From Macrostomum lignano (lineage: Eukaryota): a DNA stretch of 64,000 nucleotides. The first letter of the stretch is position 1. Every line of letters begins with the position of its first letter. The DNA lies in NCBI GenBank assembly GCA_002269645.1, contig NIVC01000150.1, positions 124,001 to 188,000 on the forward strand. Reading direction: 5' to 3'. The translations under genes and the position numbers were made by a program. This document shows positions 36,207 to 46,581 of this stretch, one piece after another. The notes beneath the pieces were generated by a model, which saw nothing but the letters and a program-made list of their open reading frames with translations, searched no databases and was not told where the DNA came from.

Positions 36207-36878
36207 CCATAGAAACAGCCCTTAAACACCCAATGGAATGGGCCCTTTTTTAAACACCTCAAAAAATGGGAACTTACAACACCTCAAAGAATCGGCCCTT
36301 AAACACCCCATAGAATCGGCCCTTAAACACCCCAAAGAATCGGCCCTTAAACACCCCAAAGAATCGGCCCTTAAACACCCCATAGAATCGGCCCTTAAAC
36401 ACCCCAAAGAATCGGCCCTTAAACACCCCAAAGAATCGGCCCTTAAACACCCCACAGAATCGGCCCTTAAACACCCCATAGAATCGGCCCTTAAACACCC
36501 CACAGAATCGGCCCTTAAACACCCCAAAGAATCGGCCCTTAAACACCCTATAAAATTGGCCCTTAAACACCCCAAAAAATTGGCCCTTAAACACCCCATA
36601 GAATCGGCCCTTAAACACCCCAAAGAATTGGCCCTTAAACACCCCATAGAATCGGCCCTTAAACACCTCATAGAATCGGCCCTTAAACACCCCATAGAAT
36701 CGGCCCTTAAACACCCCAAAGAATCGGCTCTTAAACACCCCACAGAATCGGCCCTTAAACACCCCAAAGAATCGGCCCTTAAACACCCTATAAAATTGGC
36801 CCTTAAACACCCCAAAGAATCGGCCCTTAAACACCCCATAGAATCGGCCCTAAACACCCCACAGAATCGGTCCTTAAA
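36207..36878 (+). repeat. 24-bp minisatellite (AAACACCCCATAGAATCGGCCCTT)
   Basis: Direct inspection; reverse complement of the array at 39360-41010. Confidence 0.95.
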
Positions 36879-37679
36879 CATCATATTCTATAATGCATGC
36901 ACTTTTGCTTACCGAACACAAACGGTTTGGCATAATATGTTATTGTGGTTGTTCATGGCTGCCATTTTGTCGTTTGAACTTTGTGTTAGTTATGTGTCTA
37001 GTTTTATTTATTTATCTATTAGTTGATGTTTATCCTTGTCACATGTAAATATACAGGTGCAGAAAGTTTCTCATTAATTATTATTATTATGAAGTGATGT
37101 GCTTGATCATCATTTTTTCAAAAAATATTTACATAGAGCAATAGTTTTCGCAAGAGAACACAAAAAGGTATAATTCTGAATTAATTTTGCTTAGAGGGGC
37201 GATGTAGCGTTCCTTCAAAGTCAGTAATTTTTATTCGTTTCGTTAGTTGTGTCTTGTGTCTACTAGTCTATTCCTGTCTGCCTGTTCTGTCCTGTCATAT
37301 CTTGTTTTTTATTTTTCTGTATTTTCCACCTGGAGGCCATAAGCAGTTTTAGTTGCATTCTTTCAAGGCTAAGAGTAAACTTCGTCAGATGCTCAACTTT
37401 TATGCGCACTGTTTTTCTTGTTTCGACCCGGTCAGCTCTTGTCATTGCAGTGTCTCTTGTTTATCTTGGCAGGCTTTTTTGGTGGCTGTGCCATTGTCAG
37501 GCTAGGGTATATGTACTCCAGTTTTCAGGAACGAAAGCTAGCTAGGCCAATGTTTTTCATTGTCTCTGGCAGGGCTAATTTCTTAGCTTTCATATTTTCG
37601 CATCGTCTTCAGTTTTATGTGAGTTTTTGGCAGCTAACTTTTTTGTTCTAAGGTAACTATGTTTTGAAGTACCTGTCTA

Positions 37680-37990
37680 AAGACAAAGACACTGTCTTCA
37701 GATACTGGCTTGTCTAAAGACACTGTCCTCGGTACTGATCTGTCTAAAGACACTGTGTTCGGGTACTGATCTGTCTGAAGACACTGTCCTCAGGTACTGA
37801 TCTGTCTAAAGACACTGTCCTCGGGTACTGATCTGTCTTAAGACACTGTCCTCGGGTACTGATCTGTCTAAAGACACTGTCCTCGGGTACTGATCTGTCT
37901 AAAGACACTGTCCTCGGGTACTGATCTGTCTTAAGACACTGTCCTCGGGTACTGATCTGTCTAAAGACAGTGCCCTCAGGTAACTGGCCT
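37680..37990. repeat. 31-bp minisatellite upstream of the second USP gene
   Basis: GACACTGTCCTCGGGTACTGATCTGTCTWAA at 37811, 37842 and onward. Confidence 0.93.
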
Positions 37991-38091
37991 GTCCTCAGTG
38001 TCTAGAGACATTCTCATCGGGTACCTTTCTTAACTAGACAAACCTTTTGGTTGGTTTGGTACAGCCATCACCATCCCTAATTGCAGCCACA

Positions 38092-39179
38092 ATGACTCGC
38101 AAGATCCTCATGCCCATGGATGGCGGGCAGCACAGTCACCGGGCGCTAAACTGGTACGTTCGCAATTTCAACGCGCGCGATGACGAGCTGGTGTTCGCCT
38201 TTGTTGCCGAGCCGCCGCGCTCTGCCATCGGTGATGTCACATCTGCGGACAAAGTGTCTTCCAGCATGGCTGAGAACATTGCCAAGGCGAAGGCACTGGC
38301 GAACGATGCGTCGCAAAAGTGCGTGTTAATATCAATAGCAAAGCGATTCTTTAGGAGGAATTCCTCTTAGAATCGCCCCATTTTTTTATTAGAGGCAGGG
38401 GGGTTGTGTGCACCCTGGCGCACTTTAAGCGACATAGGCACACAACCGGCGAGAGGCATTACTGCCCATTCCGCCGACTCCCCTGAGCAGGCATACAAGC
38501 GCGCGGATACGTACGCAGGCACACACTCACACAGGAGTGTACAGCGGCCCTAACTTTATATTATCGTTAGGCATGTACACTTCACTGCGCCTTGGGGTGT
38601 TGGCTCTCAAGGCCGTTAATTGCACGAGCAGAGCCAAGCCGAGATTCCAATTCAGCCCCAAATTAATGTGACTGCACTTGGAATCGAGCCTGGGTCGCTG
38701 GCACACCAGAGCAGCTGCGCTACCGCTGGGCTACGCCCCACTTCGCCCCATGGAATCGCCCCATAGAATCGCCTCAAATAATCGCCTCTTAAAATCGCCC
38801 CATAGAATTGACTCATAGAATCGCCTTTTAGAATTGCCCCCCCATAGAATCGCCCCACAGAATCGCCCAATAAAATCGCCCAATGAAAAGCCCCATAGAA
38901 TCGCCTCTTAGAAATGGGCTCCTATCAAACCCAACTCGCAGATGCACGGAGCTGGGCGTGAAGGCCCGCATCAGATTCCTGGAGCGAGTTGACCACAATG
39001 CCGGCCAGGCAATCGTAGACCTGGCCAACGAAGAGAACGCCGATGTCATCCTGATTGGCAATCGGGGCATTCGCGGCATCAAGAAGGCCTTCCTAGGCAG
39101 CGTTAGCGACTACGTGCTGCACCATTCGCACAGAACCACCATCATTGTGCCGCCGCCGCCCAAGGACACTCATCATTGA
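38092..39179 (+). CDS. Universal stress protein (USP family), exons 38092-38318 and 38942-39179, 154 aa
   Basis: ILMPMDGGQHSHRAL...; a phase-2 intron joins SQK/CTELGV; GNRGIRGIKKAFLGSVSDYVLHHSH signature. Confidence 0.92.
38381..38741 (-). mobile_element. Full-length tRNA-derived SINE, about 360 bp, in the USP2 intron
   Basis: The minus strand begins GGGGCGTAGCCCAGCGG (A box) ... GGCTCGATTCC (B box) and ends TAATAAAAAAA. Further copies or fragments at 23427, about 56630, 57675 and 63802. Confidence 0.85.
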
Positions 39180-39359
39180 TCTGCAAACTGGATTGCCTCA
39201 TTCATTGGAGGAGTAATACTTTTTAAAAAACAGGAGCAGTCTTCCATTCCTTGTCGCGAGTTCTCATCCTTTTTGCGTACTTTTAACGTATGATGTCCTT
39301 TTACATTCCTAACATTTTCATTGGTTAGTTTTTTCTTTAAAATTGCAAATTCTTTTAGT

Positions 39360-41010
39360 TGTTTGATGGCCGATTCTATGGGGTGTTTAAGGGCCGATTC
39401 TGTTGGGTGTTTAAGGGCCGATTCTGTTGGGTGTTTAAGGGCCGATTCTGTGGGGTGTTTAAGGCCAATTCTGTGGGATGTTTAAGGGCCAATTCTGTTG
39501 GGTGTTTAAGGGCCGATTCTGTTGGGTGTTTAAGGGCCGATTCTGTGGGGTGTTTAAGGGCCAATTCTGTGTGGTGTTTAAGGGCCAATTCTGTGTGGTG
39601 TTTAAGGGCCGATTCTGTGGGGTGTTTAAGGGCCAATTCTGTGGGTGTTTAAGGGCCGATTCTGTGGGGTGTTTAAGGGCCAATTCTGTTGGGTGTTTAA
39701 GGGCCGATTCTGTGGGGTGTTTAAGGGCCGATTCTGTGGGGTGTTTAAGGGCCGATTCTGTGGGGTGTTTAAGGGCCGATTCTGTGGGGTGTTTAAGGGC
39801 CAATTCTGTGGGGTGTTTAAGGGCCAATTCTGTTGGGTGTTTAAGGGCCGATTCTGTTGGGTGTTTAAGGGCCGATTCTGTGGGGTGTTTAAGGGCCGAT
39901 TCTGTGGGGTGTTTAAGGGCCGATTCTGTTGGGTGTTTAAGGGCCAATTCTGTTGGGTGTTTAAGGGCCAATTCTGTGCGGTGTTTAAGGGCCAATTCTG
40001 TGGGTGTTTAAGGGCCGATTCTGTGGGTGTTTAAGGACCAATTCTGTGCGGTGTTTAAGGGCCAATTCTGTGCGGTGTTTAAGGGCCAATTCTGTGGGGT
40101 GTTTAAGGACCAATTCTGTGCGGTGTTTAAGGGCCAATTCTGTGGGTGTTTAAGGGCCGATTCTGTGGGTGTTTAAGGGCCGATTCTGTGGGGTGTTTAA
40201 GGGCCGATTCTTTGGGGTGTTTAAGGGCCGATTCTGTGGGGTGTTTAAGGGCCAATTCTGTGTGGTGTTTAAGGGCCAATTCTGTGTGGTGTTTAAGGGC
40301 CGATTCTGTGGGTGTTTAAGGGCAATTCTGTGGGATGTTTAAGGGCCAATTCTGTTGGGTGTTTAAGGGCCGATTCTGTTGGGTGTTTAAGGGCCGATTC
40401 TGTGGGGTGTTTAAGGGCCGATTCTGTTGGGTGTTTAAGGGCCGATTCTGTTGGGTGTTTAAGGGCCGATTCTGTGGGGTGTTTAAGGGCCAATTCTGTG
40501 GGTGTTTAAGGGCCGATTCTGTGGGGTGTTTAAGGGCCAATTCTGTTGGGTGTTTAAGGGCCGATTCTGTGGGGTGTTTAAGGGCCGATTCTGTGGGGTG
40601 TTTAAGGGCCGATTCTGTGGGTGTTTAAGGGCCGATTCTGTGGGGTGTTTAAGGGCCAATTCTGTGGGGTGTTTAAGGGCCAATTCTGTTGGGTGTTTAA
40701 GGGCCGATTCTGTTGGGTGTTTAAGGGCCGATTCTGTGGGGTGTTTAAGGGCCGATTCTGTGGGGTGTTTAAGGGCCAATTCTGTGGGGTGTTTAAGGAC
40801 CAATTCTGTGCGGTGTTTAAGGGCCAATTCTGTGGGTGTTTAAGGGCCGATTCTGTGGGTGTTTAAGGGCCGATTCTGTGGGGTGTTTAAGGGCCGATTC
40901 TGTGGGTGTTTAAGGGCCGATTCTGTGTGGTGTTTAAGGGCCAATTCTGTGTGGTGTTTAAGGGCCGATTCTGTGGGTGTTTAAGGGCCAATTCTGTGTG
41001 GTGTTTAAGA
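39360..41010 (-). repeat. 24-bp minisatellite (AAGGGCCGATTCTGTGGGGTGTTT), about 1.65 kb
   Basis: Direct inspection; inverted relative to 36207-36878. Confidence 0.96.
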
Positions 41011-41562
41011 GCAAGTGTTAGAGATGTTTTTATAGGTGGTGATTCCGGTCAGATATAAAGTACAGATCTGGAAATTATTCAGTGGCGATTTTCGATTGCT
41101 TAAAATCGATGTCAGTGAGCCTCTTCATATCGCCGGTTCGAAAAACGGAACCAGTTCCGAACCGGTTCGACGCTCTTCATATCGATGGTTCTGTTTTTCG
41201 AACAATGTTCGGAACCAGGTTCTGGTTCTGGAATATGGTTCGAGAAAATTTCTCGAACCGTTTATTCGTATCTATAGCAACGAGTAAATTTTCAATTTAT
41301 TTTATTGTCGTCTTTAATAATTTTTGCTTTGTATTGCTTTTTAAGACAGTAGATTTATTTCTTTTTTTACCCAATCGTTAGTGACGTCTTAGTTTTTGGC
41401 TTACTACGTAGTCCGTATATAATAAGATAAGTATTAGTGGTTTTAGATCTTAGTTGCTAAACTATAGAATACATATTATCATTTTAGTCATTCCATTACT
41501 CATTTCAAAAAAGAATTGAATTGCGACATACTTAAGCATATAGAGTTGTAATTATTCAACGA

Positions 41563-43148
41563 ATGGACTCTGCAACTGCTTTTATAGTTCAGCAATTGTT
41601 TTTTACTGAAGACAGTAGTGAAACTTCCATTCTTGTAGACCAAGCTAATAGGGATAACGTCCTGGCAGCAACAGCAGCCCTTACAACTGTGATTGCTTCT
41701 TTAAATAACAAGACCGAGGAGAAGCGCCATAGGGTTAAAGTACCTGGTTTTGTCGTAAATACGGTGCCATTATTTACTATTGACGAGTTTAGAAGCCGAT
41801 ACCGACTCACGCGAAGTGCATTCGAATTTGTGCTGGGCGAGTTGATGAAATATGAGCTGCTGAACCAACATGAGGAACCAACGTCTTCAAAAGGAATACC
41901 AGGTAATAAGGCTCTTATTAATGCTCTACTTATTGCAAGTTGCAACTTTTGATTGTTTCTGTGTTCTGTAGAAAATCACTCATCAGTCCAAAAATATAAG
42001 TAAATGGCTAATGCCATAATATAGAAAAAAGAATTTTCTAAGTACATCATTCTACTGCTATATACTTTATGCTACTAATTGAAATAGTTCTAACTTTTTC
42101 TAAGTGCAACTTTAGGGGTCTAAAATATTTTTTCAACTTTTCTGGGTGGCAATACTGCTTTTTGATTTTTTATTTTGGCACTTTGTATTTGATTTTGGAA
42201 TCCTGTGTTTAAGAAAAAAACATAAGTTGTCCCTTTTAGAAAGCATTCTAAAGGTTAATAAGTCATTTTTTATTACCACAATGATTATATTATTGACTTA
42301 GTTTCCTTTTCTTCTTTTTAGGCGACAAGCAGCTGCTGATCTTCTTGGACTACATTGGTCACCAGTGTAATCAGTCAGAGTTGGAAGTCCTTTATGATGT
42401 TAGTGCTGGTAAAGTAAATGAAATTGTGCATTCATTGCCAAGAAAGATTGTTCCTACACTCTCATCACAGTTTATAAAATGGCCAACAGAGTTAGAAGCA
42501 CATACAAATGCTGAAGGAACTCTCTACCACAGTGGATTTCCTAATGTTCTTGGTGCAATTGATGGAAGCCATATTGAAATATCTACAGCATCTTCTGATT
42601 TTACAACTAGAAAGTATCGCCAGGCAATTACATTGCAAGCAGTGGCTTCACGTAATCTTCTATTTTATGATGTTTTTGTTGGTTGCTCTGGTCGGATGCA
42701 TGATGCTCGTGTATTTCAATATAGTCCGCTTGCTGCAAAAGTGCAAACTGGTGAGAACATGTATGGACTTCATTTACTTGGAGATGGTGCATATCCATTA
42801 TTAAATGGGCTACTAACACCTTTTGTGGACAATGGCAACCTCAGTAATGTACAAAAGCAGTACAACAAGCACTTATCAGTTGCCAGACAAGTTGTGGAAC
42901 GGGCTTTTGGCCAGTTAAAGGCCAGATTCCGGCGTCTACGCTATATCTATCAACGGGATGTTCCATCCATTTGTTACACCATAGTTGCTGCATGTACATT
43001 GCATAACATCTGCATTTTGAAGAATGAGGCCTCCTTTGAAGAAGACCTTGATGACCTCATTGATGACTATCAGGATGACCAGCTGGCTCCACAGAACAAC
43101 AACCAGACAACACAGCAGAAGAGATGGGCAATTGCAGAGTCTTTGTGA
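41563..43148 (+). CDS. Harbinger (HARBI1-like, DDE_Tnp_4 type) transposase, exons 41563-41902 and 42322-43148, 388 aa
   Basis: FRSRYRLTRSAF; GAIDGSHI, GRMHDARVF, LGDGAYPL, RQVVERAFGQLKARFRRL. The phase-1 intron joins in frame and no stops occur. Confidence 0.92.
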
Positions 43149-44654
43149 ATTAGAAAAGACACCTTGATATGTAATTGAAAAATAGACTCACTCATTTACC
43201 TAATGGATAACTTCATGCAATTGCATTTACTCCAGGCATTTTGAATATCCCTGGTCACTGTCTCAGTGACATTTCTGTCTGCTATATAAAAATTAAAAAG
43301 ACAAGACAGTAAGACATTGCTTCAGGTGCATTTATGAAGATGGAAAAAATTAACCATGCTTTTAATAGCTACACTTCTTGTAACATTTCTCCTAACACTT
43401 TCTTGCCATTTATTAATATCATGTTTTTTTAAAGTAAAGATACACATAGAACAATGCACAATGGAAAATGTATTTTCATAGGATACACTGGTAGAATGGA
43501 GTGACTATTCATATAGTACTATATAAATGGTAAAGAACTTATCTATATGGCAGTGGAAAAATTTGTATATGTAATTGTCCATATACATATTGGCAGTACA
43601 TATTCAAAGCACTCTATAATATATCTTTTTCTCAAATTGGAACTTTTAGTTTTAGATATGATTACTAGTAGTCCCATTTGACTGGCTCCCATATAAGCCC
43701 CCCTATATATGGGAGCCAGCATATATAATAACTGTGTTAACTACAATACTCTACATTTTCTACTGTATGTATAGTACTATACAAATAGTCACTTTTATAC
43801 AATGTTAAAAAGCTATAACTAAAAAATTAGCAGATATATGAGTCATACAGATGGCAAAAGCAAGATGGCAAAAGCAATACAATATTTTAGAGAGACAGAT
43901 GCATGGCACATTATACATACCTTAAAAAATGCATTGATGTAAGCCATTGTAACATATATTGCTATGCATTTTTACATCTTTATTACCAAGGAAAATTGTA
44001 GCAATAAACATTGTTGACAATCAATGTGTGTAATTTTTTTTATTTTTTATTCTGATACCCTGTACATTTATCTCTGTATTAAACCATTATTCATTAATGC
44101 AACAAAATAAATTTTAACTCTAAAGCTAAACACTAAGTTTTTGAAGGTTTAAAGAACTAACTGAAGTCTATTATATTTTATTCTATTCAAGTCAAGTCTC
44201 TTCAATTCTGTTAAAGCTATTCTATCTCTCTAGGAATCTCTAAGAGTCTACAAGTCTATTAGCACTTGTTATAGACATGTTATATCAAAAACATGATGTG
44301 AGTCTTACTCTGTAAGTTCATATATAATGTGGCCTGAAATTATACGAAATACTTATTTTAAAACTATGTTAAATGCTTTTAATTTAAGCTAGATAAATTG
44401 CCACATCTCAAAAATGACAAAATATTTTACATAATAAATAAAAAAGAAAACTGAGGACCCAAAGAATACAAGCATGCATACGCGTTGAAGAAGATTAGAA
44501 TAAATGACACTATAAAGGGTAATAATGTAAGAACTAAAATACTAAATAAAAGGAAAAACTGGCTACCACTTTTCTTATATAAATAACTGTCTTTTACAAT
44601 CAACCATTTACCATTAAAGTAATAGTAAGACACCATAGGAAAAATTGGCAGCAG

Positions 44655-45620
44655 TTACTTCTTGTCAATACTCTTTGCAAAAAGCTCCAAAAACCTGTCT
44701 TGTCTCTCCATTCGCTCTGCATGCTGACGCTCCATTAGGCTTCTTGTTTCCTTATGTTCTTGCTGATTCTCATTTAGTTTCTCTAAAATTGCTCGACATA
44801 ATGTTTCAACTCTTTCATTGCTTGCTTCTTTCTCTTCTTTTTTCTTTCCTTGTTGCTTAACATTTTGCTTGCCTGCTGTTGGAAAGTCAGTTGCTCTTTT
44901 TTCATTGCCACTTTGTTGCTGTTGTACAGGGCTAGAAGTCAATGTTGATGTTGCATCTGACCTCAAATAATTGGCATTAGGTGTGCCAATAGAATGTTGA
45001 TCACCAAGTGACACAGGCATCTGTGCAGTCAGCAAAAATTTCGGGGCAACATCAGCATGCTTACCAAAAAGTTCTTCTAACTCCTTTTGAAATTCAATTT
45101 CCTTTTTGCCTTCTCCAGACTTAGCCTGCTGTAAAATGAAATTAGAATATTTCTTTTTCAAAACTTTATACTTGTTTTCGCACTGTTCCGCAGGTAGTTG
45201 GTATCCTTGCTTTTGCATGTCGTCTTCAAGATGCTTCCAAATAACTTTTTTTTTAATGATCTTGCTTTCGAATTCTCTCTTACGCTTAGATACACATGCC
45301 AGGAAGCACTTCGTTTCAAGTTTACGTTTCTCTTCAACAGATGCTTTAAGACTAAGATCCTTAGATGTAGAACTTCCAGAGTCAACGGCTACAGCAGACT
45401 GGTTGTCTCCACATGTACTTCCGCTGTCCAAAGTACCTTCAAAAATTCGTGCTCCAAGGAGTCGGTCTTCATATCCCGCGGGAGGCTGTATAGCTATGCG
45501 CTCTCCTAGTGTGCTAAATTCGCAGCTTTCGAGGTACCGCAGGGCTTCGTTCTCAGACTCGGCGGCGATTTCGATTATGACATTATCTTTTAAGAAACTA
45601 AATTTCGTCAGATGTTCCAT
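44655..45620 (-). CDS. Myb/SANT-like DNA-binding accessory protein of the Harbinger element, 321 aa
   Basis: IWKHLEDDMQKQGYQLPAEQCENKYKVLKKKY trihelix pattern and a C-terminal coiled coil (ERQHAERMERQDRFLELF). Confidence 0.88.
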   Translation of the reverse strand: MEHLTKFSFLKDNVIIEIAAESENEALRYLESCEFSTLGERIAIQPPAGYEDRLLGARIFEGTLDSGSTCGDNQSAVAVDSGSSTSKDLSLKASVEEKRKLETKCFLACVSKRKREFESKIIKKKVIWKHLEDDMQKQGYQLPAEQCENKYKVLKKKYSNFILQQAKSGEGKKEIEFQKELEELFGKHADVAPKFLLTAQMPVSLGDQHSIGTPNANYLRSDATSTLTSSPVQQQQSGNEKRATDFPTAGKQNVKQQGKKKEEKEASNERVETLCRAILEKLNENQQEHKETRSLMERQHAERMERQDRFLELFAKSIDKK

Positions 45621-46581
45621 TTCAAGTTAGTAAAAGTAAAAAATGCACCCCGAATAATACGCTGTGGACTGACTCTGTACATAAAAGCCAGCGGTGCTTA
45701 TTTCTTGCAAATATATCGTGTTAAAAATTTTGATTGTCTAGTAAAACAAAAACACTGTATTATATACTATTCCTGGGTAAAAAATAGTAATAGTAAATGA
45801 CTGCATGATGATTATTAAATCATGCTGTAACAGAATAAATATTCGTTTGTATTCCTTTATTTTTGTTCGAAGCTCCTCATTTTGCTCTGGTTCGGGTTCC
45901 AGAACTTGAATTTATTCTGGTTCTAGAACCGATTTTCGTGAAGAGGCTCATTGTCAGGAATAAATTGTATTTTTTTAATTAGAGATTTCGGTAAGCAGCT
46001 TATTTATTAAAAATTACCGTAAAACAAAATGTATAATATTTCCTGCCTTATCATACACACATTTTTAGTAAGGCTTGCGTTTTTTCTGGAATCTCAAAGA
46101 AAGTCGTTTTGTTCATTTTAATTTTTTTATTCATTACTTGATATGGTATATTTTTATACTATTCGTACTGTTTCCATTTTATGCCTTAAATATATCGTAA
46201 AACTTCACTCTGCTTTATAAGAGTGATATTTAAAAAAAAGCATTTTAAATGATAATCTTAATTTAACGAAAACGTTACCATGACAAGAATCGCTAGAGTC
46301 GTAGCAAACAACTCACAAGTGATTCTGGGCCGAATCTTGTGGCTTTTAGCGCTGTGTAAGCGCTTACGAGCTGTAACTTCCTACTAACCCCAGTAGATTA
46401 GGTAGAGTTGTTTTAAATGCAAAATGCTCTCTAAGACTAAGACGCTTCTTGGCCTGGATTACCGTTTTCATCGGGTCATTTATAAAGTATTTATTGTACT
46501 CTGGGTAAATAAAAAGTGATTTGCAGTCTCATATATATTGGAATCAATTTCAGCCAGTCAGCAAATTCTCGCGCAAACAGC

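Larger units (their letters stand above)
41116..45950. mobile_element. PIF/Harbinger transposon, about 4.8 kb, two convergent genes
   Basis: 12-bp inverted repeat TGAGCCTCTTCA / TGAAGAGGCTCA, with subterminal GGTTC/GAACC motifs at both ends. Encloses a DDE transposase and a Myb/SANT gene. The exact TSD is ambiguous (TGA vs TCA). Confidence 0.85.

Noticed and set aside
38690-38741. tRNA gene
   Set aside because: A and B boxes are present but run into a SINE body and A-tail; no convincing cloverleaf.
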